Source: Dendrobates tinctorius
Taxonomy: Eukaryota
Length of the DNA stretch: 64,000 bases
Direction: 5' to 3'
Assembly: GCF_039654945.1 (NCBI RefSeq)
Contig: NW_027361731.1
Coordinates: 186,001 to 250,000 of the forward strand
Below, in pieces: positions 1 to 13,990 of the stretch (position 1 is the stretch's first letter; the number at the start of each line of letters is the position of its first letter). Made by a program: the position numbers and the translations under genes. The notes beneath the pieces were generated by a model. It made no database searches. It saw only the letters and a program-made list of their open reading frames with translations, and was not told the origin of the DNA.

Positions 1-2130
1 TGGCCCGGGTTTTATTGGCTGGGTCAGGCTCTTGTACTCGGAGCCGAGTGCTCGGCTGAGGGCTAATGGTCAGCTGTCTAATCCTTTCTCGCTTCATAGA
101 GGAACAAGGCAGGGATGTCCTCTATCCCCACTGCTGTTTGCTCTCGCAGTGGAGCCATTGGCTTCCAGGATAAGATTGGATACTGGCATAGAGGGATTCC
201 GGTATGGGGAGCATGAGGAGAAGGTAGCACTATATGCGGATGACCTGTTGTTATTTTTAGCGGACGCGGACAGATCATTACAAAACACGATGTCACTTCT
301 TGGGGCATTTGGGAAGGTTTCGGGTTTGGTTATTAACTGGGAGAAGTCTGCGCTCCTCCCATTGGATTCAAGCTCCTGCAGTGTGGTGGGTGTGACAGTT
401 GCAACGTCCCTTCAATATTTGGGCATAAAAATATCTAATAAGCTGACGGACTATGAGAGTTTAAATCTTGTCCCGTTGTTGGACAGGATCAAACAGAAGG
501 TTAAGGCCTGGGCAAAGTTACACCTCTCTGTAGTGGGAAGAGTGAATTTGTTGAAGATGGTAGTTATGCCGCAACTCTTATATGTCCTTCATAATTCCCC
601 TGTCTGGCTTCCCCAGAATAGGTTTCATAAAATCAATATGATTTTTAGAGAGCTCGTTTGGCTGAAACAAGGCGCGAGAATTAAACTTGAGCACTTGCAA
701 AAACCTAAGGATGAGGGGGGACTTGCGTTGCCCAACCCATGGCTCTACTTTTTGTCTTCCCAGTGCCAACATGTAGCAGGAGGGATGGAGGGCGAGTTGG
801 CGGATTTGGTGGGAGGTCAGAAGATTCTTCAGTTTCTGGTGGGACGGGTATCACTGGTCTCGAGTCTTGAGTCGGGTAGATTTCGATCCCTTGCATTCAG
901 GTTTCCTACGGTGCTTCTAATGGTTAGAGTATGGGATAAGCTGAGGCAGCTGAGAGGAATATGCAGTCTTACAAAGTACTCCCCCATATGGGACAATCAG
1001 CATCTGCCATGTATGAAGACGCTCGGAGGCTTTGCTCACTGGAGGCGGATTGGCATATGGTGGGTGTCGCAGCTGGTGGAGGGAGGGGTTTTTAAAACTT
1101 TCGAGCAATTGGGACAAGAATTTCCCCTCCAGCGCTCTATGTTTTATCAATACTTGCAGCTGCGTCACGCGTATATGGTGCAGAGCAAAAAAGTTGACCT
1201 AACCATACACCACGACGTCCTTATCCATAGGCTTGTTATGCAGGGGTCCACCAGAGGATTGATTTCAATGGTGTATGGTGGTTTACTTGGACAGGTCCTG
1301 TCAAGGCATCCTATTGGCGCACTGACAAAGTGGGAACAACAGCTGGGCACAATTTCGGCGGAGCAGTGGGACTCGATTCTACAGATGACTCCTAGGCTAT
1401 CTCTTAGTGAGCCTAGCCGCCTGTCTCAGCTATATATCCTCTATAGGACTTACAGGTCTCCCGAATGGTTGTTTAATAGAGGGGTGCGGTCGGATTCAAG
1501 GTGCCCCAAGTGCACGATGGATAATGCGGACATTTTACATATGATGTGGACATGCTCTTGCTTGCAGATATTTTGGATCGTGGTCCTTGGCCTTATAAAT
1601 TTAATCACGGGACAGGACATTCCCAGGGACCCCTTGATCTGTGTTCTGGGTTATGTTGATGAGGTGGGAGGGGATCAATACCTTAAAATTGCTGTGGTCA
1701 GAATGCTATTTGTGGCCTGAAAGCTGATAGCTTACCACTGGATCTCTGCCAAAATCCCCTCAAGAAAAGAATATATTAATAGGTTGAACCAAATATTATA
1801 TAGGGAAAAGTCTGTGTATCTTAGGAGGGGTGTGCCACATACTTTTGGGAAAATATGGGAGGGGTGGTTGAAGATTCCCAGCCTGGCTGCCTCGAATCTT
1901 CTGGATTAGTGGGTGGGCTCTGGAGGTGATCTCCTGTCGGTTGTCGTTCGCCATTTTTCATATGATACGGCTGTGCGATAGAATGGGGTTTATTCGTTAT
2001 GTGCCAGTCTATGCCATCGGACAAAGGGAGGGGGGAGTTATGGGGGAAGGGATTATTTGACAACTTGTTGTAAGTTGTATATGCTTGTCATTTACAAAAC
2101 TTTTAATAAAAACTATCTGATTAAAAAAAA
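1..2130 (+). mobile_element. L1/Tx1-clade LINE, 3' part (ORF2 RT to C-terminal Cys/His region, 3'UTR, poly-A); continues left of the window
   Basis: ORF 32-1720 has RGTRQGCPLSPLLFALAVEPL, LYADD, GGLALP and CPKC...HMMWTC. AATAAA at 2105-2110 and A-tail at 2123-2130. TGA at 1718 looks premature because the frame continues as KLIAYHW. Confidence 0.93.
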
Positions 2131-2485
2131 GAGCCAACAGCTGATAGGGAAAAAAGCCCTGAAGACGCTAGGCTTCAAAAAGACTATATCAGTACTCAGG
2201 TATTTTCTGAAGACAGAGCAAAAAGGAATTCAGCACACCCCAGCAGGGAATAGCAGAAATCCGGAAAAACAAAACCAAAACACAAATGCAAAAAACAGAG
2301 CAGAGAACTTAGCTTTTGAGGAGCAGGAATCAGACTGGTCTCCTAGAATCCCTCAGAGAGATCACCAGCAAGGCAGAAGGGCGTCGGCTGCCTTATATCC
2401 AGTCAGAAATTCCCGTCACCCAGTCATCATCAGCTCAGGTGCTTGGTAATCAGCCTCACTGCCTTCCTTCACCAGAAGAGGGAGT
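2131..2485 (-). mobile_element. LTR fragment, same family as the solo LTR at 39357-40172
   Basis: The reverse complement aligns to ~39409-39800, including the identical gactggatataaggcagccgacgcccttct. Confidence 0.8.
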
Positions 2486-2489
2486 TCAT

Positions 2490-4341
2490 CAGCCCTCAAT
2501 GGTGAAGGGGAAAATGAACTCACAACATTCTCCACTCTGTATGCTCCCATCTCTGCCATGACCCAAAAGGGAGCGAATCCAAACTGGTCCCCCGAGGCTG
2601 AAGAGGCCTTCCACTCTCTCAAACTGTTCTTCTCCATCGTACCCGTTCTGCATTAACCGGATGTAAATAAACACTTCTTCCTTGAGGTGGATGCATCCAC
2701 ATTAGGGGACAGTGCTTACCCAGAAGTTTTCCTAGGGTCGCCATGTGTTCTACAGCTTCTTCTCCAAGGCCTTCTCTGCTACAGAACGTAACTACATCGG
2801 GGACCGTGAGTTGGTCGCCATTAAGATGGCTTTGGGGGAATGGTGATATCTGTTGGAGGACGCAGTTTATCTAGTAGTGATCTACACAGACCATAAGAAC
2901 CGGGCATATCTCCAGTCCGCTCAGAGGCTTAATCCTCGCCAAGCCAGGTGGTCTTTGTTTTTTGCCCGCTTTAATTTTCTTTTGCATTTCAGATCCGGTG
3001 ACAAGAATGTCAGAGCTGATACCCTCTCTCGCTCATTTCTGTCTGGGGACCAAGAGGAGGATCCTCAGTTCATCATTGAACCCTCTAAGATGGTTTTGGT
3101 TGCCCCTATCTGCCTGTCACGAATTCCTCCAGAAAAGACTTACAGAATTACAATTGATCTCTCGTCATTACTGGTGGCCATCCATAAGGAGGGAAATCTA
3201 TGCTTATGTGACTGCCTGTCCGACTTGTGCCCTCAGTAAAGTTCTTAGACAACTTCGTACCAGTTATGTCCTACCCTTACCCATACCATCTGTTTCTTGG
3301 CAGCACATAGCAATGGACTTCATTATGGATTTGCCAGTTTCCAAAGGTTGCACCGTCATCTGGGAAGTTGTGGATTGCTTCTCTAAAATGGCGCATTTTA
3401 CACTGTTGTCTGCTCTTCCATCCGCTCCTGAATTGGCTGACAAGCTTCATTAAGCATATTTTCCGCCTGCATGGATTTCCTTGCCACATCGTATCCGATC
3501 GAGGTTTGCAGTTTACTTCCACATTCTGGTGAGCGCTCTGTAAACCTCTGTATATCGTCTTGGATTTCTCCTCGGCCCATCACCTTCAGTCCAATGGACA
3601 AGTGGAGCGTGTCAACCAGGTCCTGGGCAACTACCTGCGACACTTCGTCAATGCCCATCATAATGATTGGGTGAAATTACTTCCCTTGAATCAGTTCTCG
3701 TATAATAATCATGTTGGTGAAGCCTCGGGAGAGTTGCCATTCTTCATTGTGTTTCGGTCGGCAACCTGAGGTTCCCCTTCCAGTGACGGTTCTGTCTGAT
3801 ATGTCGCTTCGGCAGATGTCCTTTCCAATGATTTTGTGAAGTTGTGGGAGGACACCAGAGTCACGTTCGAAGCATCCTCGGTTTGTGTTAAGAGACATGC
3901 GGACAGTAGCCACCTGGATCCTCCATGCTTCTGTCCTGGGGACAAGGTATGGCTTTTGTCCAGGTATGTCCAGCTGAAGGTCCCCTCTTATCGGGCCTTT
4001 CGAGGTGTTGAAGCGAGTCAACGAGGTCTCCTGTAAATTGAAGCTACTTCCTTCTCTGTGGATTCCAAATTGCTTTCATGTATCCCTACTGAAGCCAGTC
4101 ATCCTGAGTCCCTTCTTCAAGGATCCCAGTACCGCGCCCATGCCAACAGCCTTGGATAATGTTTTTGAAGTGGAGAACATCTTGGCCATAAAGAGGGTGA
4201 GAGGCAAGACCCTCTTCCTCATTGACTGGAAGAGATTTGGTCCTGAAGAGAGGTCCTGGGAGCCCAAGGAGAATATTCACGCTCATTCTTCTCCGGAACT
4301 TCCTTGATGGCCTGAGGAGGTTGGGGCGTAAAGGGGGGTAC
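2490..4341 (+). pseudogene. Degenerate Ty3/Gypsy pol 3' half (RNase H, integrase, chromodomain) with PPT
   Basis: YTDHKN...[31 protein letters not shown] and IDWKRFGPEERSWEP, spread over several frames. PPT aaggggggta at 4331-4340. Confidence 0.92.
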
Positions 4342-4512
4342 TGTTAGCATCACGCTAGGTTCCCGGCGTGTTAGCTCACTCACCTTCACTGCAGATGGTT
4401 CCTCTCTTCCTCATGCTCCGCTTGTTCCCAGCAGCACTTCCAGCTGGGTTTCTGGCCATGTTCTAAGGGCACGCGCTTGTTCCCGCCCTCTTAAAGGCAC
4501 GTGTACTTGCTA
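4342..4512 (+). mobile_element. Gypsy LTR, 5' portion (split by the DIRS insertion; resumes at 27218)
   Basis: TGT start immediately after the PPT. LTR-like sequence resumes after the DIRS right end. Confidence 0.7.
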
Positions 4513-4949
4513 TTTCTCTTGTCACCTTCCACGACAGCCACATAGGAGGTTGTCTTCCCCGACCTAATAGGGGACAGGAACAGAGGTTAAATACCCCTCC
4601 CCTTCCTGCAATCACCAGTATTTTCCTGTCCCCTATGGGGCATGAAGAGGTCTACAATGGTGCTGCCGTGGCCCGCGATCAGAAGCACCCTATGTCTTTC
4701 ACCTGTACATGCTGGGCAGCCGAGGTCTGGGCCCTGCTCTCCTCCGGTGGCTGTTCCCGTCTCCTCCTGCTCGGTGGACTCGGGACCCTCCCACCTCTCC
4801 TGCGCTTCCTCGGGAGGTAAACGTGATGTGCGCACTGGTGGGCCAAAGGGGGGAGGAGGAGCACAGATGACGCTGGTCTCACGATTTTTAAAGGTCCGAG
4901 TGGGGAGCACCAGGTAAGACAACCTGTCTGACGCTGACTGCAGACGGAC

Positions 4950-6330
4950 ATGGACGATGACAAACCCTCTCTCTCTGCTTCTGCGGAGCCCAGCATACCC
5001 TCTCCTACTGTAAGTAGCAGGTGTCAGCCCCGGCTATCCTACCTTTATTTCCTACATTGGCTTAGCTTACCTTCTCTCTCTCTTATAGGGAGAAAAGGTC
5101 TCTGACCCTAAGAGGACCAGCCGCAAATGTAAAATGTGTACTGCTAGACTCCCCTCTTCGTCTGGCAAAAAGCTCTGCCAATCCTGTACGGAGGAGGTCC
5201 TACGTTCTGAACAGCCCTCTCTTCTGGATAGCATAAAATCCCTCATAAATCAGGAGGTTCAGGCCTCTATGGCCACTTTATCCCAGATCCCGGTGCCACA
5301 ACCACCTCCCTCTAAGAAGAGGAAGAAAGCTCCGATAGAATCTGACCCAGACTCGGGCGACATTCAGTCCTTGGGTTCGGAGTACGCTTGGGAGTATGAG
5401 GGTTCCACTTCCACTCCTAAATCAGGGAACAAGCAATATTACTTTTAGTTCCAATGATATGGGTGAACTAATCAGTATGGTTAGGGGCACCATGGGGGTG
5501 GAGTTGGAGGAAATTAAATACACGGTACAGTATGAGATGTTTGGGGGTCTGAAGCCCAAAGATCAAAAGGGGTTTCTTGTACACGAGAACATACAGAATC
5601 TCATCCTCCATGAATGGGGTCTCTCTGAAAAAGGCCTCAGCGTGCCCTCTGAGCTGAAAAAAACGTTTCTCCCTGGATGGTGATAATTCCTTATGGGAGA
5701 CCTCAAAGGTAGACGTGCATGTGTCCAGTGTATCTAAGAAAACAGCCCTTCCCTTTGAGGACTCTTCCCAGCTCAAAGATCCTATGCATCGAAAAATTGA
5801 GAGCTTATTAAGGAAGTCCTGGGACACCTCTACAAATCTGCTAAAAGCTAATATAGCTTCCACATGTATGGTCAGGTCCATGTTTCTATGGTTACGCACA
5901 CTTGAGGATCATCTGACTCAGGGTACCTCAAGGGAAGAGATACTGGACTCCCTACCCCTACTGCAGAAAGCGACGGGGTTCTTAGCTGATGCTTCAGCCG
6001 AGTCAGTCCGGGTAGCCGCAAAAGCAGCCCTTTTTTTCTAACTCTTCGAGAAGAGCGCTCTGGTTAAAATACTGGGGGGGACGACTTTACCTCCAAAGCC
6101 AAATTGTGCACCATCCCCTTCCAAGGCAACTATGTGTTCGAGCCTGTCCTGGATGACCTCTCTTCCGGAACATAAAAATCCTGGGGAGACGGTTTTTTCG
6201 TCCCTCCCGTGACCAACCCTCTCAGAGTACAGGGGGAAAGGCAAAACAGGGAGATGGAGTTATCCCAAAGGAGGCAAGGGCAAGAACATCCTTATCCCTA
6301 ACCAGCAACAGACCCCAGATAAGCAATGAC
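4950..6330 (+). pseudogene. DIRS ORF1 (gag-like: CxxC-CxxC finger, LAP2alpha-like domain); predicted intron 5010-5088; frameshifted
   Basis: ORFs 5134-5448, 5396-5683 and 5715-6041 (PFEDSSQLKDPMHRKIESLLRKSW). ATG 4950 joins in frame via a GT..AG intron. Confidence 0.8.
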
Positions 6331-6822
6331 AGCGCCCCGGTCAGGGGTCGACGCTTGCTCTTTTTCACCCAGTGGCAATCCATCTCCACAAATCAGTGGG
6401 ACCTCTGTACCATACGAGATGGACTAAAAATAGAGTTCGCGAGTCCTCCCCCACAATGTGTAAGGGTGACCTCCCTATAGTCTCCGCATCTCCAGGACTC
6501 CTTACTAAGAGGCCTACAAGATCTACTCAGGTCGAACACGATCTCGCGAGTGCCAAAGTTGGAGGAAGGACATGGCCATTACTCACGTCTCTTCCTGGTG
6601 ACAAAACCATCAGGGAAAAACCGAATCATCACAAACCTGAAGCCATTAAAAGAATCGATCCAGTACAGGTGATTCAAAATGGAGTCGATCAGGTCGGCAA
6701 TCCCGCTCATCGGACAGAACTGGGTAATGGCAACAGTGGATCTGAGGAATGCATACTACCATGTGCCAATCCATCCAGAGCACAGGAAATTCCTCAGATT
6801 CACAGTCTCTCAGGGTCAGCAA
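6331..6822 (+). pseudogene. DIRS reverse transcriptase, N-terminal part
   Basis: Reads ...FKMESIRS...VDLRNAYYHVPIHPEHRKFLRF, is broken by the hAT insertion, and continues at 18509 (HFQFNILPFG). Confidence 0.85.
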
Positions 6823-8031
6823 TAGAGTTGATCGAAACAGGTCGGTCAGATTCAAAAATCGCCGACTTTCGCCAAAATCGCCGATCGAAACCCGACCATA
6901 ACGTGAGGTCGGCCATGAGGTCGCCGATCAGCGCGCCAAAGTCGCGTTTCAAATGATGCTTTCAGCGCCTTTTCTCAGCCAATGATGGAGGACGCACACT
7001 GTGGGCAACGTGATGACATGCGCAGCGGCCACCACCATCTTGGAGAAGGGCATTAAAGTGATTGGCTGGCTTTGTGTGGCGTCACAGTGGGTATAAAAGG
7101 CTGTGACCGTCGACCGCCATCTTACTTCTGCCGATCTTACAATAGGGAGAGGTGCTGCTGCTGATTCCGAACAGGGAGTGCGTTAGGCAGGGAAGAAGAA
7201 AAAAAAACCTGCTTCTGCTGATAGCGCTTTTCACTGTACAGTTAGTGTGCAGTGAAAGGGGAGGATTTTTGCTTTTGTGCAGCAGCGCTGGTGGTGATTA
7301 GGCTGCCTTTTAAGGCTACCTGCTAGCTGCATTGCTGTGTGCACACTGCTGTTCAAACTGCTTTTTTCAAAGCACTCCAACTTTTATTATTTTGTCCTGG
7401 TGAGTTACTGAGCGTTCATTTTTTCACACACCGTATAGCGGTGTATGCTCCTCACACACTACCATGTACCGGCTGGTATCACGGACAAATAGAAGCTACC
7501 TGTGCGTGACTCTGGGGGAAAAAAAAGCCGAGGAGTTTTTCCGTTTTTCCAGACATACACCTTAGAGTCCTGTCCGTTTTTCAAACAGTTTTGTATATCT
7601 GCTGTTTGATTAACTAGACAGAGACAGCGTGTGTCAGTCCGTATACAAATACACAGGGCTTGACAACTTTCCATACACACACCGTATAGAGCTGTCCTAT
7701 TCTCAAACGGTATTGTATATCTGCCGTTCGCATTACAGTCACATTTATACAGAGTCAGCGTGTGTGTGACACTCCGTAAATACATATACGGAGATTTAGT
7801 TACACAAAAAGCGTATACAGCTGTACGGTTCCGTATATCTGCTTGTTGGATTACGGTCCAATACATACTGTGAGTCTGCTTGTTGGATTACGGTCCAATA
7901 CATACTGTGAGAGCGTCTGTGACTAACATAATATATACGTTGATTTAATTATTTTAATACACCTTACACAGCTGGACGCTCCTCATACAGTATAATCTCT
8001 CTGCTGGTATTATTGGTACATTTTCCCAAAC

Positions 8032-11000
8032 ATGAGGAAGTATGGTGGAAGAGGCCACGGACGTGGGCAGGGGGGGCGCAGCTGGTACTGATGGTGGTGG
8101 TGCATCGGCTGGTTCTGGCAAAAGCACAATAGCAGCTAAGGCAGGAGGTGCTGAGCCTGCGTCATCCTCTGGCCCAAGAAGGCCTGTAAGGTTGCCTTTT
8201 CTTGGAGTAGGAAAACCGCTTTTAAAGCTGGAGGATCAGGAACAGGTTTTGGCGTACGTTGCCGAAACAGCCACCAGCTCTATTGCCTCCTCTTCAGAAC
8301 GTTTGAAACCTGCAAGCACTGAGTCGTCAGTGCAGGGTTCTGGTCAGAAAAAACACCTTTTCTTGTGTCCTTCACCCCCACCAAAAGTTAAGGATGCGGC
8401 AGCCAACACTTCAGATTACTCTATGGAGCTCTTTTCACATACCATGCCTGGGTTATCCAGTCAAATCCTGATTTCCCCAGTCCAAGATGAATCTGACATG
8501 GAGTGCACTGATGCACAGCCACTGCTAGATGATTCTGCTGGTACATTGACCCACAGCACTACATTGCCCTCGCGGTCTATTGAGCCAGAATCTGACCCTG
8601 ATGAAACTCAGGTGCTCCTTCCCGCATACTATACCACCTTACACGGTGACACAGAGGAAGGTAAAGAGGAAGGTGCAGATAACTTTGAAGAGGAGGTGAT
8701 GGATGACCCAGTTCTGGACCCGGATTGGCAACCATTGGGGGAGGCGGGTGGCGCTGGCAATAGTTCAGATAATGAGAAGGATCCGCAGCAGGCATTGACA
8801 TCGCAGCAACGGTTATCTGGCAGGCCCGTAGCTGTCCAAAAACGTGGACCAAAAACTAAGAGTTGCAGGACAGCTTGGCCAGACGGTCAACTTAGCATAG
8901 CGTGCAAGGCCAGAAAATGTTTACCATAGTAGGAAGAGTGCAGTGTGGCACTTCTTTGTCCAAAATCCTACTGATGAGGCAAAGGTTACCTGTAAGAAGT
9001 GCGGAAGGACCTTTAGCCGAGGTAAACAACTCAGAAATTTGAATACCAGTTGCATGCTTAGACATTTAATCAACATGCACTTGCAAGCGTGGACGGACTA
9101 CAAAACCTCAGGTAGCACATGTGCACCTGCTCCGACTGAAGGTAGCCAACAATGCTCCATCGCTTCCTCCACTGTAAGACCACCGCCACCGTTAAGCACA
9201 CCACCAGCACTAAATGTGAAGGTGTCGTCACAAGGCCAAAGCACTCAGGGAATCACAATGTTTTTGCAACACAACAGTGAATCTAGGCCATCACCAACCC
9301 CCCTCACTCCATCCGGTCCACCGCTACTTCCCCGATATGCAGCTCTCCAGTCCAGCTCACCCTACCAGACACTCTGAGTAGGACAAGAAAGTACTCATCC
9401 TCTCATCCGCGTACACTTTGTTTGAACGCCTACATTGCCAAACTAATCTCATTAGAGATGATGCCCTACCATTTGGTTGAAAGAGAAGCTTTCCGCGACC
9501 TCATGGCCTACACTGTCCCACGCTATGACCTACCCAGTCGGCACTTTTCTCAAAAAGCCATCCCTACCCTCCACTGTCATGAGAAAGACCACATTGTCCA
9601 TGCACTAAAACAGTCAGTGAGTGGAAAGGTGCACCTCACAACAGATGCATGGACCAGTAGTCATGGCCAGGGCCGTTACGTGTCCATCACTGCTCACTGG
9701 GTTAATGTGGTGGATGCAGGCTCCACTGGGGACAGCGGCGGTGGAACAGTGCTGCCTAGCCCATGGTATAGGAAACAGTTGGCTGTAGGCTTTCGCTCCT
9801 CCTCCTCCTCTATCAGCGAAAGCTCGTCCACAGAGCGCAGTCGCATGAGTACTCCATCCGCAGCTGGCAGTGTTGCACACGAGGTGTCCCACTATCGAAC
9901 AGCTAGTGGTAAGCGTCAGCAGGCTGTGTTAAAGATTATGTCTTTGAGCGAGAACAGACACACCGCGGAGGTACTGGCTGACTACTTGCAGCGACAAACT
10001 GAGTCATGGCTGGGCAGTCTACATCTTGAGGCAGGCAAGGTAGTTAGTGATAACGGCCGGAATTTTGTGGCAGCCATAGCCCGTGCAAAATTCACACACA
10101 TACCTTGCCTGGCTCACACTTCGAACCTGTTGGTGCAGTGCTTCCTTAATAATTATCCGGAGTTAACATCCCTGCTCCATAAGGTGGGAAGACTGTGCTC
10201 GCACATCCATCGTTCGGCCGTACACTCCAGTCGTATGCAGAAGCTGCAGCGATTGCTCCACCTCCCCAAGCACCGCCTAATCATAGACGTTGCAACAAGG
10301 TGCAACTCCACCCTGCACATGGTTGAGAGGCTGTGCGAACAGAGGCAGGCTGTGATGCATTTGTGGGAGGATACACGGGCAGGCAGTTTGAGGGAGGACA
10401 TGGAGTTGTCGGGTGTGCAGTGGTCAAAGCTGAAAGACCTTGTAAAGTTCTTCAGTGTTTTGAGGAATGCACACGGCTGGTAAGCACAGATGAAGCCATC
10501 ATAAGCATGAGCATCCCACTTATGCGTCTGCTCATGTTTGATGCACATTAAGGATCAGGCGTCTGCAGCGGAGGAGGAGAAGGGGTGAAGCCTTGATGAC
10601 AGTCAGCCATTGTCTGGTTACGTAACTGTCCTGGACAAGGTGGAGGAAGAAGCGGATGAGGGGGATGATTATTTTGGGCAGGGGGATGATTATTTTGGGC
10701 AGGAGGATGCTTCTCTGGGGGCAAGAGAAAATATTGGCGTTCTAAGGTCAGGTGCAGTGTTTGTGCGTGACTGTAGGGATGTGGATTTGCCAGAAAGTGC
10801 TCCTCCACCCACCACTGGCAGTGCATCATTGACACCTGGAACATTGGCCCATATGTGCGATTATGCCTTGCGAATCCTAAAAAGGGACCCCCGCATTGCC
10901 AAAATGATGAGGGATGATGACTATTGGCTGGCCAGCATCCTCGATCCACGCTACAAAGGCAAATTACACAACATCATGCCACAGGAGAACCTAGAGATAA

Positions 11001-11538
11001 TATTGGCTAACAAACAAGCAACTCTGGTAAACCGTTTGTTTGAGGCTTTCCCAGCACACAGCTGCGGTGCTGGTTCTTCCACGAGCCGTAGTGGGCACAA
11101 TGGAAGAGGTGTTCATGGTGCACACAGCAGAAGTGGCGTTGGAGACAGGGGTTTAATGACCATGTTGTGGAATGATTTCTCAAGTACCGCTCACACGACT
11201 GCTAATACTGCATCGATTAAAAGTGACAGCAGTTGTCAACTATGGTTACAAACTACTTTTCCTCCCATATCGATGTTCTCCCACACAGGTCATTCCCCTT
11301 TGACTTTTGGGCCTCTAAACTGGACGCCTGGCCTGAATTGGCACAATATGCCTTACAGGAGCTCGCTTGCCCTGCTGCTAGTGTGTTATCTGAAAGAGTC
11401 TTCAGTGCTGATGGATCAATCCTGACAGAAAAAAGGACCCGTCTCTCGACCCAAAATGTTGATGATCTAACCTTCATTAAAATGAACCATGCATGGGTTT
11501 CAAAGGATTTTGTCCCACCTTCCCCTGATGACACATAG
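8032..11538 (+). pseudogene. hAT transposase (BED zinc finger, DDE core, C-terminal dimerisation domain), frameshifted
   Basis: WHFF..CKKC..HLINMH, HLTTDAWTS, VVSDNG, CLAH, DVATRCNST, LDPRYK and CPAASVLSERVFS across ORFs 8042-11538. Confidence 0.92.
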
Positions 11539-12029
11539 GTTGCCAGAAAACTGCCTCGCTTTTGTCCTCCTCTTCCTCGGACTTGCCCAATTACGCCCTT
11601 TGAAGCAGCTGAATGTCCAGCCAGCACATCAACATATGCCATTTTTTAAACATCCCTAACTGGGCTGCCCACCCCTCCCCCAACGGCTGGGGTCAAGACC
11701 TGGTGCACCCGGGCAAGTGCCGTTGCTCTGAACAGGTGGATGGGCCCACTGATGGCTGACTGCACTGGCACAGGGCCCCTCATAGTACAATACACTGTCT
11801 CTGACGGTAGGGGGGCCCACTCGCCGTCAGACACACCAGCATATTATGAGGGGTCCTGTGCCAGTACCGTCGCCCATGAGTGTGCCCCCCCTGCTTGGTC
11901 ATGGCCACAGCACTTGCAATTTGCAATACTTACCTCTCCCTCCTCCACCGCTGTGTAGTCTGGGCAGTTAAATCCTTCACAGGGACGGCCACTAGAAATT
12001 TGGTGTATTGATCAATGATGGTTAAGATG

Positions 12030-12520
12030 TAGCTATGGCCTGTCCTGCTGGCCTCTACCTTCAGATGATCAATGGCTACCCTTTGAAATGGACGTCAACT
12101 TACAAGCGGATGCAGTGGTGGTTTATCATCACCTTTCACAATCGTGATAGTCACAGACGTGTGACATTCCTGCCACCATTTTTCAATGTCTCCTCTCATG
12201 CCAATCCAATAGAATCACCTACGGCTTGTGGCTTCTGTCTTTGGCACTCCAAAATGACCAGACACATCATGATAGGCAGTGAGGACCATGTGTACATCTC
12301 TCCCAGTGATCACAATTTGATGGAGACGAGTAACGGTGATGTGATAAATGCTACTGCGATAAAGCAATCCTTTCTTCACAAAGAACCTTTTTCGCTTTCT
12401 CCACAGACACAGTAATTGAGGGTCTGCATTGCCTCTGCAACATCTACCGGGAGGTTTTCCAACGATAAATAATTCCAAAATTTCTGCCAACACTCGACTC
12501 TCCGTCTCTACTTGTATCCA
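12030..12520 (-). mobile_element. Gypsy integrase zinc-binding-region fragment inside the hAT
   Basis: GLLYR...AYHDVSGHFGVPKT in ORF 12215-12493 (-). Confidence 0.6.
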
Positions 12521-13370
12521 TGTAGTTTCCAGTAGTCTAGACTGGCTTACTGAGATTGAAATATATATGAAGATTTAAAAGTACCACAACACTGTACTCG
12601 TGTACGCTTTGAATACCTTTCCCTTTTTCTACTTTTTTAATTCTGGTGTAATACATAGTGAGCCTGTGAGTGTCTGTGTCTGACTCCAGAAGTATAGATG
12701 GAAATTTACCCCTAGACTGCATACACCTGGTATGTGCTGATACAGTATCTTGGTTGAAAAATTTGTATTACGGTATCATCTGTAGGATAGCCAACTGGGG
12801 GGGGGGGGGACCCTCTTCTTGCCGCAGACAAACACGAGACTGAGACAGAGTTTGTATTGAACAGTTCCGTTTTTATTGCCCATCCTTCTGTCGACCACAG
12901 CAATTCACCACAGCCGTTTCACATTTCTCTGTACCCAGGCCCCGGTACCTTCACTTCCTTTGTTACTATAATCGTGGCGTCCTCTGTGGCTCTTCACTGG
13001 GGCTGCCCTATGCCCATCCACCACAGCGCTTCACCAGTCTGAGCACACCGTCCGTATGATAGCCCCAGGCCGTCTTTGTCTGCGGCTACCGTCCTCTGGG
13101 CCACCCCCCGTGACCGCCTCAACTCTGTCCTCTCTGGAGCCTTTCCACTGTCTCTATTTCCTCAGCAGAACTTCCTCTTTACTGTGCTTCCTTCGCTGAC
13201 TGACTCTTCCAGAACCTTCCCTCAGCCTTTTATACTTCCAGTTCTGGTAACTCCGCCCACCATCACCTGACAGTTTCTCTGACCAATGGCAGTTATTCAG
13301 TCCCACTCCTACATTCTCCACTGCCCTCCAATGGGCAAGCTAAAACACTGCACCCTTTCTCTTTATCTTA

Positions 13371-13990
13371 GGCCTGTTTCACACTTCAGTTTTTCCTGTC
13401 AGTCCGAATCCGCCAAAATATCGGAAAACGGATCTGCAGACGGACTGGCAGGAACGGGTGGCATCGGATCGGCGGATGTACGGATCCGCCGAAGGGGAAA
13501 ATTTAAAGGAACCGCGCCTGTGAGAAAAAAAAAGTATTACCGGCGATGTAGCGCTCTCCGGCAGTGGGCATGGTGACTTCGGAGCGGTCATGGCAGCGGT
13601 GATGTGGCGGAAACAGGAGCGGTGATGTCGTGAGATGAGCAGGTGCGATGTCGTGGAGAAGAAGCATGATGCCGTAAAACGGGAGGAGCAGGTACGGGGA
13701 AAGAGAGAGAATTTTATCCAGGAGCCAGACAGAAATGCGGGTTAAATCTGGAAATATCGGATCCGCAGACCAAAAAAAGTTACATGCTCCGTCCGGCCCG
13801 CCAAGCAGACGGTAAAATCCTGGCGGATCCGTACTAAAGCGGATCGAACGGACGTCCATCCGTCAAGATCCGCCGATAATGCAACTCTATGAGGAAAAAA
13901 CGGATCCACCAAGAAAAATGGCGGATCCGTTTTTTTTTTCAAATCGGCGGATCTTGACTGATGGTCACAAATGGAAGTGTGAAACAGGCC
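13371..13990. mobile_element. PIF/Harbinger-type MITE
   Basis: TIR ggcctgtttcacactt; TSD TTA at 13368-13370 and 13991-13993. Confidence 0.9.

Noticed and set aside
8032-11538. Possible domesticated ZBED gene
   Set aside because: Multiple frameshifts, and it is flanked by TIRs and an 8-bp TSD.
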